A stretch of DNA of 64,000 bases from Pseudomonadota bacterium (lineage in GTDB: Bacteria > Myxococcota_A > UBA9042 > GCA-2863065), in assembly GCA_005776585.1 (NCBI GenBank), contig SXOX01000045.1:53425-117424 (forward strand), read 5' to 3'. Of this stretch, positions 37,397 through 46,238 are shown one piece after another. Positions within the stretch are counted from its first letter, which is position 1, and each line of letters starts with the position of its first letter. The translations under genes and the position numbers were made by a program. The notes beneath the pieces were generated by a model that worked only from the letters and a program-made list of their open reading frames with translations, made no database searches and had not been told where the DNA came from.

Positions 37397-38314
37397 GTGA
37401 GGCACATGACACGTTGGATCACGAAAAGCGCGTTCTCCGGAATCATCGCAGGGGCCGTCTGCCTGGGCTGTAGCAGCGGCGGCGGGAGCACGGCGACGAG
37501 CGACACGGTGGTGGCGACAGTCGACGTCGCCTCGGTCGACACGGCGGCTGTCGAGGTGGGCACGCCCGTTACGGATGCGGTCGTCGTCGACTCGGGACTG
37601 CCGTCTGCGGAGGTGACACCCGACACGGGGCCAGACACCGCCGCGCCGGCCTCCTGCAAGGCGAAGCCCCCGCCATGCGTCGACGCGATGATCCTCGACT
37701 TGTCGCTGCATGCCGACAAGAAGAGCACGGGCGCAGTCACGACCACGAAGGAGGGCGATGACTTCGTCACCGTCATCGACGCCACCGCCGGCGGCTTCAA
37801 CCAGTCGAGCAAGAACCCGTGGGTCTACGTCGCGTTCACGAGTGAGGGGGCCAAGCGGGTCGAGCTCGACGACGAGAGCGCGCTGGAGTCCATGGACTGG
37901 GACCTCTCACTGCGCCGGTTCATCCTTCGGCTCAACGGCGGGGACTCGGGCCCCTCCTGTGTCGGCGCCGTCAGCTTCCTGGAGAAGACGTACGCGGACC
38001 TCACGAGCGTGCCCGCGGGCCTCAAGTACAAGCTCGACGACTACTACACCGACAGCTGCTCCATCGTGAACGACTCCTCGGGCCTTCCGGGCTCGCCACA
38101 GGTCGCGCTGGCGCCGTGGTGGTCCTACCCGGGCTGCGTGTCCACGACGCAGGTGCCTCACCTCGTGCGTCTGGGCGACGGACGCGTCATCAAGCTGCTC
38201 GTCGAGCAGTACTACAAGGACGCCGCGCACCAGAAGGCCTGCGACACGACACAGGCTGCGCCCGCGGGTGCGGTGGCCGCCGTGTTCACCTTGCGTTGGC
38301 GGTTCATGCCGTGA
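37397..38314 (+). CDS. HmuY-like lipoprotein (tentative)
   Basis: Lipobox AVCLGCSS. DWDLSLRRFILRLNGGDSGPSCVGAV resembles the HmuY-family core as I recall it. Confidence 0.55.
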   Translation: MRHMTRWITKSAFSGIIAGAVCLGCSSGGGSTATSDTVVATVDVASVDTAAVEVGTPVTDAVVVDSGLPSAEVTPDTGPDTAAPASCKAKPPPCVDAMILDLSLHADKKSTGAVTTTKEGDDFVTVIDATAGGFNQSSKNPWVYVAFTSEGAKRVELDDESALESMDWDLSLRRFILRLNGGDSGPSCVGAVSFLEKTYADLTSVPAGLKYKLDDYYTDSCSIVNDSSGLPGSPQVALAPWWSYPGCVSTTQVPHLVRLGDGRVIKLLVEQYYKDAAHQKACDTTQAAPAGAVAAVFTLRWRFMP

Positions 38315-39786
38315 GCCCGCGTCTCGTCCTCCTGCTCTGCTTCTCGGCATGCGTCGCGACGGCGGGGCGACCCGACGCCGGGACGGACCTGTTCAACTAT
38401 TCGTCGACCGACGTGCTGAAGTCCGTCGATGGCCCGACGGGTGCCGTGCGGGTGCACTACAGCGTGTCCGGTCCCAACGTCACGCTGCTCATCGACAGCG
38501 ATGGCTCGGGCGTGCCCGACTTTGCCGAGCTCGTTGCAGCGACCGCCGAGGAGGTGCTGGCTCTCTTCGAGAAGGCCGGCTTCGAGCGCCCGCTCTCGGA
38601 GGCCCTTGTCGGCCTCGGCGATCTGGGGGGCAGCCCCGCGTTCGACTTCTATCTACTCGACTACGGTGGCGGCGCCGATGGCCAATACGCCTCGGACGGG
38701 TGCAAGCAAGGCGTCTGTGCGGGACACATGGTCATGGAGAACGATTTCAAGGGCTATGGCTACTCGTCTCTGAAGGAGGCCGTGAAGGTGCTCACCTCGC
38801 ACGAGCTGTTCCATGCGGTGCAGGCCGCCTACGTGCCGAACCTGCCGGTCTGGGTCTCGGAGGGCACGGCGACTTGGGCCGAGCGCCTCTTCGAGCCGGA
38901 CGTGGCCGACTTCCTCGCGTTCTCGAATGCGTACCTCGCCGACACCGGCCGCTCGCTCGACCGCCCTCCGACCGGCCCGGTGCCTGCCTTCGCGTACGGC
39001 ACGTGCCTGTTCTGGGAGTTCTTGAGCCAGCGCCATGGAAACGCAGTCGTGCGCTCGGTGCTCGAAGCTTCGGTCAAGAACGACGGCGTCGACGCCGTCA
39101 CGGTCGCGCTCGTCGCCAGCAAGACCACGCTGTCCGAGGAGTGGCTGGCCTTCGTCGCGGCCAACCTTGCGACGGGCACGCGCGCCGGCAAGACCGCCGT
39201 CTATCCGTTTGCGGCCAAGCTCGCGGGCGTTACCGCCACGGCCACGGGCAGCAGCTTGGAGCGCACTGATCGGTTCTACCCCCTCGCCGCATCGTACTAC
39301 GTCGTTGAGCACGGCGGCGGCGCGCTGGGTTTCGCGAGTGACGACGACGCGACCGGCCTCGTCTTCTCGCTCGCGCCCATCGAGTCCGGCAAGGTCGGCG
39401 CCGTGCTCCAGAGCTGGTCGCCCACGACGCCCGCGCTCGTCGCGCTCGGCGACCGACCTGCCGGGAACTACTGGCTGTGGGGCACCTATCCCGAGCAGGC
39501 CGCCAACAGTCGCCGAATCCACTTCTGCGTCGGCCCACCGGTCGCTCTCGCTCCGTGTGCTCCGCCCGTGACGCCCGAGCCGGTCGTGGCAATCGCCGAA
39601 CCCGACCCGACGACGCCCGAGCCGGTGCCGCCCGAGCCTCAGGTCAGCGCCGAGCCCGTTGACTCTGCGGCGTCCAATTCGTCGGGTGGAGCCTGTGGCG
39701 TTGGCGGTCACGGCGGAGGGCTCCCGGGGCTCCTCTCCGTCGCCCTCATTGCGTGGCTCCGTCGCCGTCGCGCGTTGGCCGCTTGA
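38311..39786 (+). CDS. secreted HExxH zinc metalloprotease-like protein with MYXO-CTERM-like tail
   Basis: GTG at 38311 overlaps the upstream stop (GTGA). Signal VSPRLVLLLCFSACVA. TSHELFHAVQ. C-terminus GGACGVGGHGGGLPGLLSVALIAWLRRRRALAA. Confidence 0.65.
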   Translation: MSPRLVLLLCFSACVATAGRPDAGTDLFNYSSTDVLKSVDGPTGAVRVHYSVSGPNVTLLIDSDGSGVPDFAELVAATAEEVLALFEKAGFERPLSEALVGLGDLGGSPAFDFYLLDYGGGADGQYASDGCKQGVCAGHMVMENDFKGYGYSSLKEAVKVLTSHELFHAVQAAYVPNLPVWVSEGTATWAERLFEPDVADFLAFSNAYLADTGRSLDRPPTGPVPAFAYGTCLFWEFLSQRHGNAVVRSVLEASVKNDGVDAVTVALVASKTTLSEEWLAFVAANLATGTRAGKTAVYPFAAKLAGVTATATGSSLERTDRFYPLAASYYVVEHGGGALGFASDDDATGLVFSLAPIESGKVGAVLQSWSPTTPALVALGDRPAGNYWLWGTYPEQAANSRRIHFCVGPPVALAPCAPPVTPEPVVAIAEPDPTTPEPVPPEPQVSAEPVDSAASNSSGGACGVGGHGGGLPGLLSVALIAWLRRRRALAA

Positions 39787-39810
39787 GCTTTGCCGGGGAG
39801 GCGTGCGATC

Positions 39811-40308
39811 GTGACGCTCATGTCAACGCCAGCACCTCTCGTTCTTGTGACTCTGACTGGCGCCCTCGGGACGCTCGGCTGCAACCAGGTCACGTCGACG
39901 GACAACGCAACGCAGGCCATCGTTCCCGCGGACTACAAGTCGACCTTCACGGAAGTGCGCGGCTGCCGCAAGACCGGTGTCGGCCACGAAGGGGACTTGT
40001 TCATCCGCGTCCTCGCCGGTCCGTCGGCCAAGGCGCCCTACACCGAGCGCAAGGTGCCCTTCCCTGAGGGCGCGGTCGTGGTCAAGGAGCAGTTCGACGA
40101 CGAGAAGTGCCAGACGCTCGTCCAGTTGACGGCCATGCGCAAAGAGGCCAAGGGCTATGACCCCACCGCGTCAGACTGGCATTGGCAGACGCTCGGTGCC
40201 GATCGGGCGGTGAAGCTCGACGGCAAGGTCAAGCGATGCATCGGCTGCCACGCCGACGCGGCCGGTGAGTGCAACGGCGGCTACGACTTGACCTGTACAG
40301 CGCCTTAG
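39811..40308 (+). CDS. cytochrome P460-like heme c lipoprotein
   Basis: Lipobox LGTLGC. FPEGAVVVKEQ...DWHWQTL...CIGCH (CxxCH) near the C-terminus. Start ambiguous (39790 TTG, 39811 GTG or 39820 ATG). Confidence 0.65.
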   Translation: MTLMSTPAPLVLVTLTGALGTLGCNQVTSTDNATQAIVPADYKSTFTEVRGCRKTGVGHEGDLFIRVLAGPSAKAPYTERKVPFPEGAVVVKEQFDDEKCQTLVQLTAMRKEAKGYDPTASDWHWQTLGADRAVKLDGKVKRCIGCHADAAGECNGGYDLTCTAP

Positions 40309-40313
40309 CGGGC

Positions 40314-41264
40314 TCAGCTCAGCGCGATCTGGCTGCCGTACTTGGCGAGCCACGCGTCGAAGGTCATGAGCCCCGGATACAAGGAACGGCAGCGGGCGAG
40401 ATCGCGCATGGCGCAGAACTCAGTCTCGAAGTCCGCCTTGAACTGGAACATGTTGCCGAGATCATCGGCCCCGGGGAACCCAAAGCTGCGATAGACGTCG
40501 GCGGGCACGCCGTTGTAGTCCACCGCGACGCCGAGACGCTCGCTCATGCGCTGCGCCATCTGCGTGCCCGTGAGGTGCTCGCCCGCGACGCCGACCTTCT
40601 GGCCGAGGTAGGTGTCTCCCGCCTGAAAGACCCCGAAGGCGCAGCGGCCGACGTCCTCCGCGGCGATACCTGGGAGCTTCTTGTCGCCCATGGGCAGCGT
40701 GAACGCATAGCGGCCGTCCGGGCCCGCCTTGGGTCCCATGCCGAAGTGGATGAGGTTGTCCCAGTAAAACGACGTGAGCAGGAACGTGGTGGGCACACCG
40801 AGCTCGGTGAAGACGGCGTCCGCCTCGGCCTTGGCGTCGAAGTGTGGCACCTTGTAGCGCTCGTGCAGCGTGGGCATGCGCGTGTCGCTCAGCGGGATGA
40901 AGGTGCGGGTGTCCTCGAAGGTCGACCAGATGGCGTGCTTGACGCCGGCGGCCTTGGCCGCACGCGCCGCGTTGCCGCCTTGCGTGGTCTCTTTGATGGG
41001 CGAAAAGTGCTCCCAGAAGTTGGTCACGAAGTAGGCCCCGTGCGCGCCCTCAAGCGCGCGCGCGAGGGTGCCGACGTCGTCCAGGTCTCCGGAGACGACC
41101 TCGACGCCTTGCGCGGCCAGGGCCTGCGCCTTGGGTGAGCTCACGTTGCGCGTGATGGCGCGGGCCGCGAATTGGCCGGAGGTGTCCGCCAAGAGGCCAC
41201 GAATGACGCCGCCTCCCTGCGCGCCTGTGGCTCCAACGACGGCGATGATCTTCTTGTCGGACAT
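40314..41264 (-). CDS. NmrA-family NAD(P)-binding protein
   Basis: MSDKKIIAVVGATGAQGGGV Rossmann motif. 316 aa, NmrA-like length and composition. Confidence 0.85.
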   Translation of the reverse strand: MSDKKIIAVVGATGAQGGGVIRGLLADTSGQFAARAITRNVSSPKAQALAAQGVEVVSGDLDDVGTLARALEGAHGAYFVTNFWEHFSPIKETTQGGNAARAAKAAGVKHAIWSTFEDTRTFIPLSDTRMPTLHERYKVPHFDAKAEADAVFTELGVPTTFLLTSFYWDNLIHFGMGPKAGPDGRYAFTLPMGDKKLPGIAAEDVGRCAFGVFQAGDTYLGQKVGVAGEHLTGTQMAQRMSERLGVAVDYNGVPADVYRSFGFPGADDLGNMFQFKADFETEFCAMRDLARCRSLYPGLMTFDAWLAKYGSQIALS

Positions 41265-41385
41265 GATTCAGCTCCAGTGATGTTGGGTCGTGACGACCCG
41301 GCTGGCACAGGGCGGTGTCGAGACCGCGCCACCGGGTGCGAAGGGATAGGCGGGAGTCCGGTCCATGACAAGGGCCGAACGCAGA

Positions 41386-44022
41386 TTAGTCGACCGCCTG
41401 GAGGTTGAAGCAGGCATGGCGCCACTCGGGGCGCGACGAGACGACCGAGACGTCTACGTCCGCGACGCCCTCCTCGGTGTCGACCTCGATGCCTTGGAGG
41501 CTGCCGTTGCCGCTCTGTTTGAAGCTCACCGGGGCGTTGTCCCCCACCGTGATGGAGAGCGTCACCTCGCTCGTGCCCTGGCTGGAGTCGAGCAGGCCGA
41601 AGAAGCCCGAGAGCCGCCGCCTGAGCGGGACGTCCTTGAAGCGCAGGTGCTTTTCGCCCGCGGGGCTCGGGTGGAGGTAGATGCAGTAGCGGCTGTCGTA
41701 GGTGAAGCTGTAGAGCCCGCGATCGATGCGGTCCCAGGGCTCGGTGCATCGCCAGCCGGGGCCGGTATCGGACTGACGGCACGGCACCGTCGTGTCGTTT
41801 CCGAGCTCGACGACCTTCTCGGCCTCCTTGACGTGCCGGTCGAAGGTGTACACGCGCTCCCGGGCACGGACGAAGCCAAAGACGACGAGCAGCGCGGGCA
41901 CCGCGACGAAGGTGACCCAGGTGATACGCGTGCCGATGCGACGCAGGCGTACGCCGGGCTCGAGCCGAGCGCGGACGCGATCGAGCCACCAATCGCGGCG
42001 GCGGCCGAGTCGTCCGAGCGGCATGCTGCCCAGGACGAGGGCGACCAGCCCGAGCCACGATACCGCGCTGAGCCAGAAGCCGAGCACGTCGCCTCGCGTG
42101 TCCTCGAACTTGAGCACGACCGCGCCGTCGCCTGGGACCTCGACGCTCATGAACGCCGGGTAGAGGCTCGCGGCGTGGAGCGCGACGCGCTCGATCGGCA
42201 GCGTGGACGCGGCGCCGTCATCTGGCGTGTACGTGACGGTCCAGTTCGGGTAGTCCGCGCGATGGATCCGCACCCGGCACGGGCCATCCGACTCCGTGAC
42301 GCTGAAGACCAGCGTCTCGTCGCCGATGGCCTCTTCGGTCACCGTGCACCGACCCATGGCCGAGACCCGGCGCGGCTCGGCGTCGCGCAGGCCCTCGACG
42401 ACGTAGACCTTGAGGTTTCCGAAGGTCTCCAGCAGCTTCAGATCCTTTCGACCGTCGCCGAAGTTGCCCATCGCGAGCACGTAGCGGACGCCCACGGCCT
42501 CGAGCGTGGCCGCGTCGCGCTGGCCGTCGAAGAAGTAGACGTAGGTATGGGCCGGCACGTAGCCACCGGAGTACACGGGCCGGCCGGTGAGCACCGGCAG
42601 GAGCGAGAACACGTGGTCGTAGGGGTTGCCAAACGCGCCGATGCGGCTCCAGGGCGCGTCCGACAGGCGCTCGTTGAGGTAGGCCACGGCGGCCTGGAAG
42701 TCCCCCCACCAGGGCACGTCGGCGCGCGTGACCAGACTCTCGTCTTTGACCGTGTGGTTCTCGCGGAAGTAGCTCTTCACGTCCGAGAGGAATGGCACCA
42801 TCAGTCCGACCGGCAGCGCGATGGCCAATGCGCCGCGCAGTCGCTCGTTGCGCGGGCCGTGGCGCAGGGCCAAGAGCGTTGGCCACATCAGCCGCCACAG
42901 CTCGTGTGTCGCGTAGCCCGCCACGACGTAGCAGAGCACGCGGATGATCCCCAGGAAGCGCGGGTACTGAATCGACGCCAGCGGCGGCAGGATATCGAAC
43001 AGGCGGAGCTGATACAGCACCGTGGTCGAGGCGAGCAGCGCCATGGTGGCGCCGAGCACGACCACCATGAGCACACCATACTGTCGGCGCGCGATGGCGA
43101 AGCCGAGGCCCACGACCGAGAGGCCCATGACCAGCCGCCACTCCGTGCCGAGCAGGTTGAGCTGCGCCACGGGGGCGAGCACCTCGCCGAGGTCGAGCCA
43201 CGTCTCGCCGAGCTTCTGCGAGTAGCTGCTCTTGGTGATGAAGGGGATGAGCCACGAGGCGCAGAGGCCAACGGCCAGCACGAGGGCCCCGGCAGCGCGC
43301 AGGATCGGTCGCGTCGCCTCGCGACCGCGCTCCAAGACGACGTAGCCGACGAGCACCGGACCCGCGAGGCCGAGCACGATGAGGCTCATCGGGTGGCCGA
43401 CGAGCGAGGCAGCGATCCAGAGCGACGAGGCGACGAGCCGGCGCGCGCCGCCATGCAGCAGGTAGCCGCGCGCGACCGACAGCGCGATCAACGTGAGCGC
43501 TGCGCCCAACGCAAACGGCCAGACGCCCATCTCGAGGATCCAGAACCAACCGAGGTCGTACCAGCTGCCCTTGGTCAGTGCGAGGCAGAGGCCGGCGACG
43601 AGGCCCGCGGTTCGACCGACGAACGCTCGGCCAAAGACGTAGGCCGACATTGGCACGAGCACGAGCAGGGCCCACATCGCGAGGCCGTAGGTCGCGCCCC
43701 AGGTGAGGCGACCAAAGGTGAGCCACCGGAAGAGGCAGACCCAAAGGCTCCCGCCAGGTCCGTAGAGGTCGTTGGCCGGGTAGCCGGCAAACCACAGGTC
43801 CGACCAGCCGCGCAGCTCGCCGCGTGGGATGAGCACGTCGCTCGTGAGCCACGCGTTGAACAGATGCGCCGGATGGTCGTGGCTGACGGGGAAGTCGCCC
43901 GAGAGCAGCTTCCGGAAGTAGATCGTGACGATGGTGACGATGAGCGCCGGTCCCACGATCTCGCCCCACGGCCACCGGCGGAGGGCGGTCATCAGGCGTT
44001 TGAGTCGGGGGAGGGCCACCAC
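41386..44022 (-). CDS. large polytopic membrane protein with C-terminal soluble domain (GT-C/YfhO-like, tentative)
   Basis: 878 aa. More than 10 hydrophobic helices in the first ~600 aa, then a ~270-aa hydrophilic C-terminus. The function call is weak. Confidence 0.65.
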   Translation of the reverse strand: MVALPRLKRLMTALRRWPWGEIVGPALIVTIVTIYFRKLLSGDFPVSHDHPAHLFNAWLTSDVLIPRGELRGWSDLWFAGYPANDLYGPGGSLWVCLFRWLTFGRLTWGATYGLAMWALLVLVPMSAYVFGRAFVGRTAGLVAGLCLALTKGSWYDLGWFWILEMGVWPFALGAALTLIALSVARGYLLHGGARRLVASSLWIAASLVGHPMSLIVLGLAGPVLVGYVVLERGREATRPILRAAGALVLAVGLCASWLIPFITKSSYSQKLGETWLDLGEVLAPVAQLNLLGTEWRLVMGLSVVGLGFAIARRQYGVLMVVVLGATMALLASTTVLYQLRLFDILPPLASIQYPRFLGIIRVLCYVVAGYATHELWRLMWPTLLALRHGPRNERLRGALAIALPVGLMVPFLSDVKSYFRENHTVKDESLVTRADVPWWGDFQAAVAYLNERLSDAPWSRIGAFGNPYDHVFSLLPVLTGRPVYSGGYVPAHTYVYFFDGQRDAATLEAVGVRYVLAMGNFGDGRKDLKLLETFGNLKVYVVEGLRDAEPRRVSAMGRCTVTEEAIGDETLVFSVTESDGPCRVRIHRADYPNWTVTYTPDDGAASTLPIERVALHAASLYPAFMSVEVPGDGAVVLKFEDTRGDVLGFWLSAVSWLGLVALVLGSMPLGRLGRRRDWWLDRVRARLEPGVRLRRIGTRITWVTFVAVPALLVVFGFVRARERVYTFDRHVKEAEKVVELGNDTTVPCRQSDTGPGWRCTEPWDRIDRGLYSFTYDSRYCIYLHPSPAGEKHLRFKDVPLRRRLSGFFGLLDSSQGTSEVTLSITVGDNAPVSFKQSGNGSLQGIEVDTEEGVADVDVSVVSSRPEWRHACFNLQAVD

Positions 44023-44035
44023 GGACGGCGCAGGC

Positions 44036-44272
44036 TAGCCGAAGGGCGCGGCGCGGTCGAGAGCAGCCGCTCGAGATGGCAGAGCGCGTTGGCCCTCGAG
44101 CGTCCCGTTCCGGTTCATGGGGCTCACCGTCTCGGCCTCGACGACGATGTGGCCCTGGGGTTGCGCCAGAAGAGGACCGGTTCACCTGGGCGCACGCGCG
44201 AAGTTCAGGAAGAGGCGACCGCGCGCCGAACGGACGTGTTCGGGATTACGGGTCACCCACGCCGGGTCACGG
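44036..44272 (-). pseudogene. decayed AbrB/SpoVT-type antitoxin (vapB paralog remnant)
   Basis: 44115-44195 is about four-fifths identical by eye to 44953-45034 in vapB. Translation gives TVTRRG*PVIPN...VRPGEPVLFWRNP, with in-frame stops and a 1-nt deletion (CCCCAGGG vs CCCCCAGGG). Confidence 0.45.
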
Positions 44273-44422
44273 TGCGGTAAGGACAGCTAGCCCGGCGACG
44301 GTCTCGCCCGCCATCAGCGCCTTCATCGCGGCGGTCGGCGGCGCGGGGTTCTCGATCATCCTCACCACTGCCTCGAACGACTCAGGGGTCAGGACGATGC
44401 GGGGCGGCACGACCAGCTCCAC
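44267..44422 (-). CDS. 51-codon ORF resembling the C-terminal half of DUF1778 (TacA-type) antitoxins; probably a remnant
   Basis: GAGGAG-N5-GTG. VELVVPPRIVLTPESFEAVVRMIENPAPPTAAMKALMAG. Below the ORF-track size cutoff. No cognate GNAT toxin follows. Confidence 0.3.
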   Translation of the reverse strand: MELVVPPRIVLTPESFEAVVRMIENPAPPTAAMKALMAGETVAGLAVLTAP

Positions 44423-44465
44423 GGGAACTCCTCGTCCGCAACGGGTTCGTCGGTGGGATTCTCGC

Positions 44466-44861
44466 TCACGGGCTGAAGAACTCGGGCTCGTTCACGAGGG
44501 CCTTGTCGAACGTGGCGACCCGGTCGCAACCGGCGGCCGTCGCAACCTCTCGGATGACGTAGTCGGCGAAGTCGCCCTTGCCCCCGGCGAAGACGTCCAC
44601 GGCTCGGCGCACGCCGTCCTTCTCCCGGATCTCCAGCTCCTTCGCCTGCAAGAGCGCCCGCAGGGTCTTCACCAGTTCGTCCTTCGAGAGCTTGTAGACC
44701 CGGGCGAGCACCCACACGACTTCACAGAGGACGACCTCGCTGACGAACACGGGCTCGTTCTTGGTCACGGCGTCCTGGATGAGGCGGACGGTGCGCTCGG
44801 TCTGCGCGTCGTCGTCCTCGACGATGAAGCGCACGAGGACGTTCGTGTCGAGGGCGATCAC
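44466..44861 (-). CDS. vapC: PIN-domain toxin VapC
   Basis: MIALDTNVLVRFIV (first acidic residue). 131 aa. 4-nt overlap with the upstream antitoxin. Confidence 0.88.
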   Translation of the reverse strand: MIALDTNVLVRFIVEDDDAQTERTVRLIQDAVTKNEPVFVSEVVLCEVVWVLARVYKLSKDELVKTLRALLQAKELEIREKDGVRRAVDVFAGGKGDFADYVIREVATAAGCDRVATFDKALVNEPEFFSP

Positions 44862-45103
44862 GAGTGGGCTTCGGCCACCGCCTCGGCGACGGCCTCGTTC
44901 ATCTCCTCGACGGTGACGCCCTTGCGCTTGCCCTTGAGCATCCCCTTCAAGCTCATCAGGCTCACCGTCTCGGGCTCCACGATGACCTGGCCCTGGGGGT
45001 TTCTCCAGAAGAGCACCCGGTCACCGGGGTGAACGCCGAGGCTGTCCCGGATCTCCTTGGGGAGGGTGATCTGGCCTTTGCTGGTCACGGTGGCGGTCGG
45101 CAT
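44858..45103 (-). CDS. vapB: AbrB/MazE/SpoVT-family antitoxin VapB
   Basis: MPTATVTSKGQITLPKEIRDSLGVHPGDRV swapped-hairpin motif. 81 aa. Confidence 0.88.
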   Translation of the reverse strand: MPTATVTSKGQITLPKEIRDSLGVHPGDRVLFWRNPQGQVIVEPETVSLMSLKGMLKGKRKGVTVEEMNEAVAEAVAEAHS

Positions 45104-45207
45104 TCCTTACCTCGATGGCCAAGTCCTTGCTCATCGTAAGGCGCCAAAGAGGAGGCGTCAACCGGGGGGTGGGAAACGGTATCCAGCCCAACCCGGTGAT
45201 CCGGCGT

Positions 45208-45236
45208 GGGAAACGAAATCCAGGATATCGTTTCCC
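45208..45236 (-). terminator. 9-bp stem hairpin GGGAAACGA-N11-TCGTTTCCC, ~46 nt 3' of ssrA (and within the vapBC upstream region)
   Basis: Read in sequence. No U-tract. A half-copy GTGGGAAACGG also lies at 45169-45179, so it could instead be an operator. Confidence 0.25.
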
Positions 45237-45281
45237 AGCCGGTTTTACGGTGTCTAAGTTGTTGAAATCATTGATGAAAAG

Positions 45282-45634
45282 TGGAGGCGCCGGGAGTCGA
45301 ACCCGGGTCCGAAATGCTTCGAGTCGAAGCCTCTACGTGTGTAGGCCGCTGGTTGTACCTTCCTGGGCGGCCCATCGGCCGCGCCGCATCCAGGCAGGAG
45401 CTCGTCAATCTCGTCGCCGACAGAGAGAGCCACGCTCGCTCGGCAACCAGCCTGCTGTTTGCGCTACGGGACCGCAGGCGTTTCCCGTAACGGGCTCATG
45501 GTGTTTTAGGCCGCGAGCGCGAGGTTGTGTTCAACGTTGTCGTTGGCACTTGTGGTTTTCCGTTTGCTAACGGGGGCCGGACCCCCGACACGCCACTTGG
45601 ACCGTATTCACTCCGTCGAAACCGTTTCGCCCCC
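45282..45634 (-). ncRNA. ssrA: tmRNA (transfer-messenger RNA)
   Basis: The minus strand starts GGGGGCGAAACGGTTTCGACGG and ends TTCGGACCCGGGTTCGACTCCCGGCGCCTCCA. The acceptor stem has a G3-U pair. Tag frame 45506-45547 encodes ANDNVEHNLALAA followed by TAA. CCA is not genome-encoded. Confidence 0.9.
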
Positions 45635-45685
45635 ATGTCAAAGACCGCGCGGCAACGCTAGCGCTCCCGACCGCCCACCGCAAGG

Positions 45686-46159
45686 CTACCGATGCGCTTT
45701 CATCGCACGATCGATGTCGCGCTTGGCCTCTCGGTCGGCGATGGCGTCGCGCTTGTCGTGCTGCCGCTTGCCACGCCCGAGTCCGATCTCGACCTTGACG
45801 TGCGCGCCGCGCCAGTAGAGCCGCAGCGGCACGATGGTGAAGCCGCGCTCGACGTTCTTGGTTGTGAGCTTCTCGAGCTCGTGCTTGTGCAGCAGCAGCT
45901 TCCGGTCGCGCTTGGGGACGTGTCCGTTGTAGCTGGCCGCCTGGTACTCCGAGACGTGCATCCCGATGAGCCACAGGCCCTCACCGACGGGCTTGCAGAA
46001 CGCGCCGTCGAGCGACGCGTGGCCGGCGCGCATGCTCTTGACCTCACTGCCGGTCAGCATGAGGCCGGCCTCCCAGGTGTCGGAGATGTCGTACTCGAAC
46101 CGCGCCTTCTTGTTCTGCGCGATGAGCTTGGTGACGTGGCCTTTGTCGCTCGATGCCAT
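45686..46159 (-). CDS. smpB: SsrA-binding protein
   Basis: MASSDKGHVTKLIAQNKKARFEYDISDTWEAGLMLTGSEVKS. Start set at the ATG at 46159. The track ORF extension to 46402 is rejected. Confidence 0.92.
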   Translation of the reverse strand: MASSDKGHVTKLIAQNKKARFEYDISDTWEAGLMLTGSEVKSMRAGHASLDGAFCKPVGEGLWLIGMHVSEYQAASYNGHVPKRDRKLLLHKHELEKLTTKNVERGFTIVPLRLYWRGAHVKVEIGLGRGKRQHDKRDAIADREAKRDIDRAMKAHR

Positions 46160-46238
46160 GGTCTGGAAACGGTAGTCGCCGCGACCGCCGCGCGCAACCG
46201 TTGACCGCGCTCCCTTCACGTGCCTACGCTCCGCGCGG

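Noticed and set aside
44022-45281. A complete genomic island integrated at ssrA.
   Set aside because: I saw no integrase, no recognisable direct repeat of the ssrA 3' end and only ~1.25 kb of content. I interpret it as an eroded remnant instead.
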